NCBI GenBank assembly: GCA_965603825.1
Contig: CBFDEM010000056.1
Location: 806,001-870,000 of the forward strand
Direction of reading: 5' to 3'
DNA length: 64,000 bases
From: Blepharisma stoltei ATCC 30299
Lineage: Eukaryota; Protista; Ciliophora
The notes under the pieces: generated by a model
The model's database searches: none
What the model was told of the DNA's origin: nothing
Seen by the model: only the letters and a program-made list of their open reading frames with translations
Shown here: positions 36,932-47,408 of the stretch, piece by piece
Layout of the letters: every line of letters begins with the position of its first letter
Numbering within the stretch: position 1 is the first letter of the stretch
Position numbers and translations under genes: made by a program

Positions 36932-37513
36932 TTAAATAGAAGCCTCGCTCCCGCCCGACTCACTTTCATTTCCATCTTCCCAAAGCCCTTTCATTCCCAT
37001 CTCATCATCTTCTATTTCTTCTTCTGCCTCCTCTTCTTCTTCCGCTTCTTTTTCATTATCTTCTTCATTTTCTTTCTCACTTTCCTCATTTTCTTCAAAA
37101 ATCGGGACATTTTTAAGCTCTTCTTCTTCGTCAAGCTTAATTTTTTTACTATGCAGCTCTTTAGGAAAAGCATGCGGTCTCTGATGTACAAGGCTTTTCA
37201 TAAATTGTGTAGCATAAGATCTCCGTGTTTCCAGCAGTATGTGTGGGTTTATAGATTTCCGGAAATATTGGTAATAAGGAGAATTTAGTGCTTTTCCTAG
37301 AAAAGACCTGCTTATTGAGACAAGCTCAGCTTGTTCTGGTGATAATGAAGGGTATTTAAATGTTACTTTTCTAGGCGGATAAAGCGCTGGGATTTCAATA
37401 TCTTGTGTATCAATTCCTCCTTTCTTTTGAGACGATAAGGTGCCTAGCTCTGCTCTTTGGTTCCTAACAAACACAGAAACAGCTGATCTCGCTTTTCTTT
37501 TTCGTGATGACAT
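36932..37513 (-). CDS. RPC31: RNA polymerase III subunit RPC31/RPC7-like
   Basis: PALYPP, NSPYY, FPKEL and a highly acidic C-terminal tail; 193 aa. Confidence 0.7.
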   Translation of the reverse strand: MSSRKRKARSAVSVFVRNQRAELGTLSSQKKGGIDTQDIEIPALYPPRKVTFKYPSLSPEQAELVSISRSFLGKALNSPYYQYFRKSINPHILLETRRSYATQFMKSLVHQRPHAFPKELHSKKIKLDEEEELKNVPIFEENEESEKENEEDNEKEAEEEEEAEEEIEDDEMGMKGLWEDGNESESGGSEASI

Positions 37514-37520
37514 TATTTAA

Positions 37521-38675
37521 TTATCTTAATGGCATATACAAATAGGTTGATATTAATTTTTCTGCAGAAGTTTCGCTGTCGTTTATTTTTTCCCGTAATT
37601 CTTCTATTTCTTTTTGGGCGTTCTCTATAAAACTTGGCAAAACGTTGTTGAGGAAGGTAAAACAGCTGAAAATTACAATATTCCCTGAGTGCGCTACAAT
37701 GGCCATGGTAGGGGTAGAGAGGTTATCGACTGCGTAAGCTTGTGGGACTTCTTCGTAGCGATAATAATTGCTGATATTTTCTGAGACAAAATAAACACAG
37801 CCATCTGAGGTCCCAATTGCGACGGTTTGGCTGTTAAGATAGCCTATAAATACAGGTCTTTTTGTAATAGAAGTAGTCAGTGAGCTTTCACTGGGCTTGT
37901 CTGAAACCCCTACAGAGTCAAAACACCCTATTTTGCCATTCCCATTGACAGCAGCTACACAATTTTGATATGTCGTGACCATTACATAAGTGGAGTCTTT
38001 TCCACACACCTCAGTAATATAATTCCTATTGCTAGCTCTTTCAGGATTATCATTTGTAGGGTGAATTATCAGGACTGACCCATCCCCCTCTCCTAAAAAT
38101 AGCTGTTTTTCGCTTTCCCTTACCCTTATACAAATAGAAGTGATCTCATTTCCAAGCGTCCAAAGTTTCCCTGCCTTTCAAGGGCTGCTCGCTTTAGAGT
38201 CTTTCCCTGACATTTTATAATGTGCGAAAACTCCATAAGAAGTCCCTATAAACAATTCCGTCCTTTTTGAGTCCTCATTCTGATATAAAGCTATGCATTG
38301 AGGATTTAATAATAACTGCTGAGTATATCTGGGAGTTCAGGATTCTGTAAAACCTAGCATACGATCCATAATTATCTCAAAAATATAAGACTTGCCTTCT
38401 AATGTAGCGACTAGTACTCCTATATCTTTTAATAGAGAAATATAATCAATCTTTATGCAGCAGATCGACCCAACCTCTGTAGCCACTAATAAAGGCTCTT
38501 CATTATCAAATAAAAATAAGCATAAAGTCCCATCTAGGTTTCCGACTACTAGTATATCATTCTGAATAAGCTATACGTTTTCTCTTCTTCCAAGACAAAT
38601 TGCATTTCCTAGGACTCTTCCTGTGAAGTTAAGAATTTTTGAAGGAGTCAGTGGGATTGCAGTAAACTCAGACAT
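37521..38675 (-). CDS. ITFG2: ITFG2-like (KICSTOR subunit) beta-propeller protein; exons 38675..38577 and 38561..37521
   Basis: The N-terminus LNFTGRVLGNAICLG...ILVVGNLDGTLCLF matches the ITFG2 pattern FSG.LF..AICLGD....ELVVGD..G.L. Also WTLGNEITSI and C-terminal LISTYLYMP. One 15-nt intron and two TGA. Confidence 0.68.
38562..38576 (-). other. 15-nt spliceosomal intron GTATAGCTTATTCAG
   Basis: GT..AG ends, A at position 10, phase 0, contains an in-frame TAG; removal gives a continuous ITFG2-like frame. Confidence 0.85.
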
Positions 38676-38682
38676 TTTATAT

Positions 38683-39663
38683 ATGTCAAGCAAAAGGGCT
38701 AAAGGCTATTTGGTAGAAGGTTCAACTGATGAAGGGAATATTGAAACTTTGACAGAAAACATTGAACAAAGTGTAAGGAGAATCCAATGCTGCCCTGTTC
38801 TTTCTGATGATTGGCTTGTGGTTGCTACTGAAATAGAGAGATTAAGCCATTTGTCAGCACTGGAAGAAAACACTAATAGCAACCAAGCTCAAAATGAAGA
38901 GGGCATGAAGATGCTTGGGAAAAGCGGAAATGAGACACTTTGGGATACGAAAAATCATATAGAAACACTTAAAGCTCTAGTTGAGCAGGCAAAATGCAAT
39001 GTTTTGATAAGGCTTATTAAGGAATATAAAGAGTGGACTCGATTGCCTTCAGCCCCACAAGAAGTCCAAAATTGTGTTGCAAGACATCATAGAGAATATG
39101 ATGAAATTATATCAAAGTTAAACCAATTTGAATTCGACCTCGGGCTTCTTCTAAAACGACTTTTCGAACACGCTGAAACTTTACAGATCTCTGACATCCC
39201 TCTTCTATTAGAACATATCAACTTTATTTTAAGAGGAATTATAGATAGAGCAGCCTCTTTAGAACACTTAGATTTACGACAAGAAAGCTTGGTCTTTTTT
39301 TATCTGTATTCAATATTCAAAGCAATTGAGCAACTCAACGAAGAGCAAATCGTCCACTGGAGCAAAGAGCATGAGCTGCCTAGACTTCTAGTCATCATTT
39401 TGGTGGATTTTCACAGCATCTATTCTGAAGGCTGTAAAACAAAACTGTTAGAAGCCTTAGGAGCTATGTCAGACGTAGATTCATTTTTTAGTAATGATTA
39501 TGATTTCGCTGATGCTCATTATAAGCAAGAACTGATTAACCTAAAAAAAGGAATGATAAGAGATCTCATTGTGGAGCACCCAGAAAAGAGACCAGGAATT
39601 CGGCCATTCTTAGACTTGATTGACAAATATGAAAGAGATATAAGGTTTCCAAAGAGAAAATAA
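38683..39663 (+). CDS. Helical protein of unknown function (326 aa)
   Basis: First ATG of ORF 38623..39663 is at 38683; TAA stop. Confidence 0.75.
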   Translation: MSSKRAKGYLVEGSTDEGNIETLTENIEQSVRRIQCCPVLSDDWLVVATEIERLSHLSALEENTNSNQAQNEEGMKMLGKSGNETLWDTKNHIETLKALVEQAKCNVLIRLIKEYKEWTRLPSAPQEVQNCVARHHREYDEIISKLNQFEFDLGLLLKRLFEHAETLQISDIPLLLEHINFILRGIIDRAASLEHLDLRQESLVFFYLYSIFKAIEQLNEEQIVHWSKEHELPRLLVIILVDFHSIYSEGCKTKLLEALGAMSDVDSFFSNDYDFADAHYKQELINLKKGMIRDLIVEHPEKRPGIRPFLDLIDKYERDIRFPKRK

Positions 39664-39688
39664 TTTAGCCATTAAAAATATTATCTAA

Positions 39689-40858
39689 CTATCCTCCTCT
39701 GCTAATAAACACCACTAGAATATCACCAATCCTCATTTGGACAGGCTTATGCCTATCAAACAAAAGTCCCATTCTTTTTACCTCATTTGTAATCACTTCT
39801 TCTTTAAGTTTGACCTCAATTAATATCCCTAGTCTTGATATAGCGTCCAATACAATCCCTTCTTTTACGGCTTTAAATGTATATTTAGCGACAATCACGT
39901 CGACCCCTGCAAATTCTGCCTTAATCAGCTTCAAAAAAGGTTCAAAATGGTTATAGTCAAAGGATACGTTGGATTTAGAGTAATATCTGGCATCATACCA
40001 ATCATTTTGTATCAGCTCCATTTCACAATGCCTGGAGATGTTGTACATGTAAAGCTTCTGCTTTATTCCTTGGTTTTCTGCTTTTTTTCTTGGAAAATCG
40101 GGCTCGAGTTTGATGGATTTTAGGATAGCTTTAGTGTCTTGGATTATAGGAGGCTGCCATTGGATAGACTCAAGCCTTGTGAGGCCTAGTAAGTTGTATC
40201 AGTTTATAGCGAACTCAAACAAATCTCCTATACAGATTTCAGGAATTTGTTTGGAATAAGCTTTATTAGAGTCGTTTGCGTTGATTCTGCATTCGTCTTT
40301 GTGGAGTCATAAACTCATCTTTTGGTATCGTATTATGTCAAGCTTGAATTCAGCTTTAAAAATAAATTCAGATTGGTAGGTCCTATAGGTATATCGAAAT
40401 TTTATTGTTTTGCCTTCTAAAGTGCTTAGAGGCTCTGCCACAATTGCACGATCAACTCTGTAGCCTTTTCGTTCACTAACACAGATGCCACTGCTGCTTA
40501 AAAAGCTTTTATTGAATGCAAAAAGGTGAGAATGGACTAACGCAAAATGGCTTTCAATTGGATTGAACATTTCGTCAAAAGCATCAATGATATGGATATA
40601 TCAAGAGGGCGATACAGCCATGAGAGCTCTTATATCACTTGCAAGAAATTTGATTATGATTAGAATAACTTCGTTTGGTAGGTTAAGGAAATCTAGCTTT
40701 GGGGTAATTGATTTTGAGTGTTTATTTAATATTCTTCACATCATTTGATTATAGATTGAAAAATTTTTTTCTCTGGCTTGTTCGATTGTTGATGAACGAT
40801 GCTCTCTGGCTGAAATAATATCAGGGTCTGTAGCTTTTGTAGTGAATTTTTGTCCCAT
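39689..40858 (-). CDS. F-box protein (389 aa, 4 TGA=Trp)
   Basis: ATG 40858 reads in frame through ORFs 40307..40570 and 39689..40048. FLNLPNEVILIIIKFLASDIRALMAVSPS(W)Y is an F-box motif. Confidence 0.75.
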
Positions 40859-41039
40859 TTCTTAACTTACAATAATAGATAATTTTTCCATAATGATTTT
40901 CTATCGGCATAAGCTTTGGATATTAAGATAGAATAATTTTAATTGCTTATTTTCGCACACATATACAATTATATGATTTTAAAATTTTATATATTAAAGA
41001 TGAAAAATTAAAAAATATATTAATAAATTTTGCTTTAAA

Positions 41040-42188
41040 TTATATAGTGACAGTATAGCTCATTAAGAAGTTTTTAATTAAGCCTAGCAATTCATTTGTG
41101 TGAAAACGGTAAGCACTTTGATTAAAAATAATTTTTTCTGCTTCTTTAGAAATACGCTGATGGCCACGAGTAAATCAAGGAACTAAAAAAATTTCACTAA
41201 TTTTCCCTGCATAATTAGGATGACTTTGAAAGCACAGTCACTTCCCTTGAACCCCAAAAATTTCATTTGGGCAACTATTAGAGTACCCTCATCTTTCCCA
41301 TCCACTTGGCAGCCTCACAGCATTTTCTCCGTGATTTTCCGCAATTTTATATACTTCTCTTGTATTTTCAAATCTCATTCTAAATTCATTTGTTGTAAAT
41401 ACTGTTTCATATCCTAAAATATATTTATTTTTCATTTTTTCTACAGTTCCACCAAATGTCTTTGCAATAATCTGTGCCCCTAAACAGATTCCAACCACTT
41501 TAATATCAGGATAATCCTCATTAATTTCTCTTAAAAAACTTTTTAAATTAATCAGTCAGTTGTATTGATCATTTGCAGAAAATTTCCCACCTAGTAAAAT
41601 TATGCCTTTTATAGTTTTAAGCGCATCTTTTGAAGGAAGCTGGCCACTTACTACAAAATAATGCTGCCATCTGTCAAAAGGCTGGGAAAAAATGCTTGTT
41701 GACCATGCTTCCACAAATCCACAAATATTTGACTCCTCATCAAAAAAATGGAAAACTGCATAATCAGGGTTATTATGTATAACAGGTAAAGGATAATGGA
41801 TTTCTTCATTACGTAAAGCTTTTTCTAGAAACTTGTATTCTTGTGATAGATTATAATTAGAAATCAAGATTTCTTCATATGCAACTAAGCTTGGGAGCGC
41901 CAAAATCCCTTCAGGCAAGCTATGAATTGGGATATAGATTGTGCTATCTGATATGTTATATGAAAAATAAGTAACATGGACCATCACTAATTTAGTTCTG
42001 TCATGCCATATTGCTTGAAGAGAGTCTCATTCATTTTGTGAGTATTTTTTGAGTCCATATCACTCTGTAATTGCTCTTGATGCTGCCATTTGGACTCCTA
42101 GTTCTCATTCATTTATAATGTATACAATTGGCTCGCAAGTAAAAATAACGTTGTTTTCAACTAAATAAGGAATAACGTCTAAAAGCAT
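41040..42188 (-). CDS. Class I glutamine amidotransferase-like protein with N-terminal extension (382 aa, 7 TGA=Trp)
   Basis: KGIILLGGKFSAND...(W)L, VVGICLGAQIIAKTFGG, ENHGE, LCFQSHPNY; TAA at 41040-41042. Confidence 0.8.
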
Positions 42189-42329
42189 TTAGTTTTTAAT
42201 ATTATCTGCCCATATTGCATATTGAAAATAATAGATGAGATCAGAAGCCACAAAGTTAGTGTATCGTGCTGTACTATAATAAAAATTATATTTATTTGGA
42301 TTGTTTTATAGCAAAATTACCATTAATTC

Positions 42330-43229
42330 TTAAAAAGTGCCCTTAATTGAAAGGCCATTCATATCTCTTTTTATTTGTCTCATTTCTACTTCCGTAAGCC
42401 TTCTCTTTTTCTTCGCAAATCTTTTCCCTTTGGTAATCCCATCTAAAACTTGATAATCTTTTCCAAGCCCTTCAATCACGTTTGCTGTATTGCTCTTAAA
42501 CGTTTTATTGTCTATAAATAACTCATCACACTTTTGTATAATTTCCTTTATTTTACTCAGTTTTGTACCAGCATTTTGAGTACTAAACGACTTTCTCCTC
42601 AAAGTCAGTCTAGACGGCGACATCATAATATTCAGCCTATTCTCATGGTTTTTTTGTTCAGTGAATATTGACTGCCTCATTGCATTTATGTCCATAATAT
42701 AAGGTTTGTTTGGTTTTGATATGCTTTTATCATTTTTTATGATATCAATATCATGTTTTTTCTTTATCCCTATATATGCGTCCCATAGCCCATTAATTTT
42801 TAAAAATGCTTCTTCTTTTGATTCACCTCAAAGATCTGTCATACACGAATTGGGCATGGTAAACTTCTTTTCTGATGCTCCGAATCCTCGGATAAGTGAA
42901 GAATGCTTGTCAAAGTGGCTGCGAAAGCCCATCTTGTCGAGTGTTTCCATCTGTTTTTTGAGGGATTCCTGTCGTTTGTATTTTTGTTTTTTGGAAGGAT
43001 TTAGAATATCTCTGAAGGCTAGCTGCGAATATGGCCTGTCGGTAATTATTTGTGGAGGAATAGGGGAATTTACACTAGACCTTGTTAGATCTTTTATGTT
43101 CAGTGAAGGAAGCGAACTTGAGACTTCTAATATATTTTTAAAGCTTGTTGATTTGAAATTTTGTTTAGTTAAGTCTTTACTTTTTGGGGATTTTGCGCTT
43201 TTTTCGAGGTCTGGAATAGGAGATTTCAT
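42330..43229 (-). CDS. Basic protein of unknown function (299 aa)
   Basis: ORFs 42828..43229 and 42330..42695 are in frame across TGA 42828 with an open linker. Confidence 0.7.
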
Positions 43230-43629
43230 TAGATTTTTTAATAAAACGTTTCAATCATCTTTTTCTTATTAATTTGGAAGAATTTAAGATTTTATGGATT
43301 GATTGTTGGGAGAAAAAATTGAAATATTTTTTGGACTTAATTATTACGATGCCACTAATATTTATTTAATATATAAACAATTCAATATTTTTTTTTTATT
43401 TTTATTAGCCCTAAGTTCCTTAATTGTCAAAAAAAGAATTTTATGAATTCTGATTTTTAACCATAAATATGACATTCTTTTTATCTTTAAAATGATGCAC
43501 TTTTAATTTAATTTTTATTTTAAAGAATTCATCTCGCTTTTTATGTTTCAAAAACCAAAAGATCACTTTTAAAATAATTAATGCTAATATCAAAGCCAAA
43601 CTATTTGGGGGCAATTTTTTATTATAATA

Positions 43630-45009
43630 ATGAACATAGTTAGTTTAAATTGCAATGGGCTTCACAGTTATTCTTCCAAATTCCCCTCCTTTGAAGATAT
43701 GCTTGATTCATTCAACGCCGATATTATCTGTCTCCAAAAAATCAAGCTTGCACGAGAAAAGCTCCAGCCAGAGCTCATCAACCTAAACCGCTATTACGCT
43801 TTCTACCAATTTTCTCAAAGCAAAACTGCAAACGGAGGAGTCGCCACTTTTTGCAAAAAAGATACAGCATGCCCTGTCTTTGCAAAAGAAGGCTTCTTGC
43901 AGCCTGAAAACAATAACCATGACTTAGAAGGCCGGTGCCTTGTCACAGACCACCAAGAATTTGTATTATTCAATGTTTATTTCCCAACTAATGGCAATGG
44001 TGAAAGAATTCCTTTCAAGTCTTGGTTTTTCTACATAATTCAATATGAAATGGAAAAGCTTGTCAGCGGAGGAAAAAACGTAATTTTAGCGACTGATTTA
44101 AGTTTTTCGCATCATGAAATTGACCATTATGACCCGGACTCAACCTTAGCAGAAATGGGGCTTGATTCATTTAATGAGCACCGAGGACGGCAATGACTCA
44201 CAATTTTATTATCTTCTGACCGATTTTTTGATGCATATAGACTATTGTATACAAACCAAAAAGGATATACATACTACAAAACCCCTGAAATGAAAGCTGA
44301 AAACAAAGGCTGCAGGTTGGACTATTTTATAGTTTCAAAAAAAATAGCTGATCAATATGTAGAAGACCTAAAAATTTTGCCTCATAAAATCCCAAGCCTG
44401 CCTTCTGACCAAGTTATAGGTCACTGCCCTATAAAATTAACCTTATCTAGCTATCACAGTGCAATCCCAAGTGAGCCACCTACAAGTTGTGCAAAATTTT
44501 ATAATGAATTTTCCTTTGAGAAGCATAGAAGTTTAAATATGTATTTTCAAGGTGAAGAAGCCAAAGAAATTTGTAAAAAAGTCAAAAGGTCAGGGGTTGA
44601 GCCAGAAAATACCAAAAATAATGAAAAATTTAATAAGAAATTTGAGATGGATGGAGTGGAACTTTGCACTCATGGGGAACCTGCTATTGTACAAGAAGTC
44701 AAAAAAGAAGGCAAAAATAAAGGAAGGCCTTTTTTTACATGTGCAAGACCTCCTGGACACCCTAGAGACCCTGAAGCTAGATGTGGGTTTTTTAAATGGG
44801 CTGATGAAAGCAAGAGTGCCCCAGTTTGTGAACATGATATGCCTGCAGTTGTAAGAAGAGTACAAAAAGAGGGGGCAAACCATGGGAAATGATATTATAG
44901 ATGTCGAAAAAATATGAAGCAAGGGCAATGCGGATTTTTTAAGTGGGCTGATGCTTTGAATAACCAAATGAGAAATGATAAAAAACGTCAGGAACCAAAA
45001 GATGAATAA
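43630..45009 (+). CDS. APEX2: APE2/APEX2-like ExoIII-family protein with two GRF zinc fingers and a degenerate active site (459 aa)
   Basis: MNIVSLNCNG, ADIICLQ, GVATFC, DLEGRCLVTDH, NVYFP, GCRLDY, HCP. GRF fingers CTHGEP...NKGRPFFTC...CGFFKW and CEHDMP...NHGK(W)YYRC...CGFFKW. TGA at 44194 and 44890. Confidence 0.85.
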
Positions 45010-45527
45010 CACATATTTAATGTTAAAATAATCCTATTAAAATTATACTCTCACACGTATTATGGATTAAAATAGCCTTAAGCTGTTCTTCTTATATATT
45101 ATAGTTATTTTGCAAGCTTTATTTATCATTTGTCATATTAATGCTTCTCTAATTGAAATTAAGCTCCTCTAAGATTCTCATAAATAATTATTCAACATCA
45201 CATTAATTTATAAAAGTTTTCGATTTCATCAGTGACATCTTTTTCGCTCATTTTTGTTTAGGACTGTTTTTAAATTTTGCAAAATATTTCAGTCTTTTAG
45301 TTCATCTGTTTGTCAGTTTTATTTTTAAATCGCTTATTTTATCACTTGCGGCTTAAAACTAAGCTCTTAAGACATTTTATATTTTAGCTTCAATAATTCC
45401 TTTTCCAGTGTCAAAAAATTTTAGGTTCTGCTTTTACTGCCCAATAGATTCTTTTCTGTCTTAGTGCTTCTTTTTAAGGCTTCTTAAATAATATATTTTT
45501 AAGAGATATTATTAAATATTCATTGAA

Positions 45528-46640
45528 TTATCCATAAAATAGTTGAAATGCAGCCTCAAGAGAGCTTACTCTTTCGCTTATTTTAATTGCAGTATTTAAG
45601 TCAGTTCCTGTAACTTCCATTAGCTGCTTAGCTATTTCATATTTCTTTTGAGCTTGCTCTTGCTTTCTCTGTTCTAATTCTTCTTCTGTTAAATCAACAA
45701 CTCTACGATTCTCATTTTCAGGTGGCAACAAATTATTTTCATTATTCGGCGGGCCTTGCATTTCTTTATCAAGGACATCCCGAAAATCTTCGTTTTCTTC
45801 TATATTTTTTTTGGCATTAATTTCTTGAATTACTATTTTATTAGGAATAGGATCTTTTTCTATATTTTGCTGAACATTAATTTTTTGAGGTACTACTGGA
45901 TTAATATTGATATCAGGGATAGGATCTAGAACTTGAGGTGCCATTTTATAAGGTTTTGCATTTAAATCGGGTAGAGGAGCTTGATGTGCTAATTCATAGG
46001 GATTTAAGATAGGGGCTGGGGCTAGGTTAGGAAGGTCATTAAGTTCATTTTGAGGTGGATTAGGAAAGCCTGCTTTATGAAGAGGGGCTGGATTAAGGTT
46101 GGGAAGGTTATTAAGTTCATTTTGGGATGAAATTTGCTTATTTTGAGAAGGGTTAGGAATATTTGCTTTAGAGATAAAGGCTGGATTTTCTTGGATAAAA
46201 GGTGGATTATTATTTGATTTTGGTTGAACAGGTCTTGGAGGCATAGGTGGCCATTCTTGATATGGTATATTAGGGATAGCTTGACCATAAGCGTTAGGAT
46301 TGGGGTAAATTTGAGATTTTGAAAGATTAAATGCTTCTTCAGGCAAAGGCACATCTTTATTATTTATTATTCGAGGAGCACCAGTAAAAACTGCTTTTCT
46401 AGGTTCATGAGAAGGAGGCAGACGAGTTTCTCCTTGCTGAGCATTATATTTAACTTCTTTTTGTTGAGGTTTAATATCCTTAATTTTTATCTCTTGCTTG
46501 GGTTTTTTAGGTGAAATTCTAAATTTAATCTCAGCATCTATACTAATTAATTTCTCTAAAATTTCTATACTTGCTTCAGAATCTCCTGCTGATATTGCTT
46601 CTATAAGTGACTTGCTTAGCACCTTAGGATCTTTATCCAT
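45528..46640 (-). CDS. Pro/Asn-rich protein with C-terminal UBA-like domain (370 aa)
   Basis: C-terminal IAKQLMEVTGTDLNTAIKISERVSSLEAAFQLFY; low-complexity middle region. Confidence 0.72.
   Translation of the reverse strand: MDKDPKVLSKSLIEAISAGDSEASIEILEKLISIDAEIKFRISPKKPKQEIKIKDIKPQQKEVKYNAQQGETRLPPSHEPRKAVFTGAPRIINNKDVPLPEEAFNLSKSQIYPNPNAYGQAIPNIPYQEWPPMPPRPVQPKSNNNPPFIQENPAFISKANIPNPSQNKQISSQNELNNLPNLNPAPLHKAGFPNPPQNELNDLPNLAPAPILNPYELAHQAPLPDLNAKPYKMAPQVLDPIPDININPVVPQKINVQQNIEKDPIPNKIVIQEINAKKNIEENEDFRDVLDKEMQGPPNNENNLLPPENENRRVVDLTEEELEQRKQEQAQKKYEIAKQLMEVTGTDLNTAIKISERVSSLEAAFQLFYG
46011..46124 (-). repeat. Imperfect intragenic duplication with 72-nt period (QNELNNLPNLNPAP / QNELNDLPNLAPAP)
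   Basis: 46011..46052 and 46083..46124 are near-identical 42-nt segments. Confidence 0.8.
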
Positions 46641-46812
46641 ATTTCTATAAACTTATGTATAACTCTTATTTATTTCTATTAATTTGTAATATATGACTTT
46701 CTTTTAAAAAATTATTAATTTTTAGTTCATATATTTTTCTTGATTATTTATTCATATGGAAATTAATTTTAATAAATTTTGATGAGATGAATGAACGATT
46801 AATAATAATTAA

Positions 46813-47082
46813 ATGGCAGAGAGACGTGCAGTGATTAAGAATGCTGATATGTCTGAAGAAATGCAGCAAGATGCTGTCGATTGCGCAAATCAGGCTATGG
46901 AAAGGTTCAATATCGAAAAAGATATTGCAGCTTACATCAAAAAAGAGTTCGACAAGAAATATAATCCAACTTGGCACTGCATCGTTGGTAGAAACTTTGG
47001 AAGTTATGTTACTCATGAGACAAGGCACTTTATTTATTTTTACTTGGGACAGGTAGCTATCTTACTCTTTAAATCTGGTTAA
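46813..47082 (+). CDS. DYNLL1: Dynein light chain LC8
   Basis: 89 aa; [17 protein letters not shown]...[36 protein letters not shown]...LFKSG. Confidence 0.98.
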   Translation: MAERRAVIKNADMSEEMQQDAVDCANQAMERFNIEKDIAAYIKKEFDKKYNPTWHCIVGRNFGSYVTHETRHFIYFYLGQVAILLFKSG

Positions 47083-47408
47083 GCTAAATATTTAAATTGA
47101 ATTTCGAATTTTCTTAAATAAATAACTGATTTTATGTAAATTACAGATTTAACAAAAAAATTAAGCAAGAAAATCCATTTATAGGCTGTTATGATGAAGG
47201 CGCTGCACATCACATTTCTCAATAGTTATTAATTTTAATTCGATTTTTATTGATATTTTACTATTTACATTGATGCTAACGCTAATAATGACTTAAGAGA
47301 AAACAATAGCAGTAAATAAACTAATAATGCATCAGTTCTCCTTAAAGAGACTTAAAAACCTCCAACCCCATTTAAAAACTTAATTGTCCTATATCTTTGG
47401 CTATTAGT

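Noticed and set aside
42706-43272. 188-aa plus-strand ORF
   Set aside because: It is the antisense shadow of the minus-strand gene 42330..43229, has a non-ATG start and has atypical composition.
47185-47340. ATGATGA (box C-like) in a slightly GC-richer patch between LC8 and RPL3, suggesting a C/D snoRNA
   Set aside because: No suitably placed CTGA box D, terminal stem or recognisable rRNA complement.
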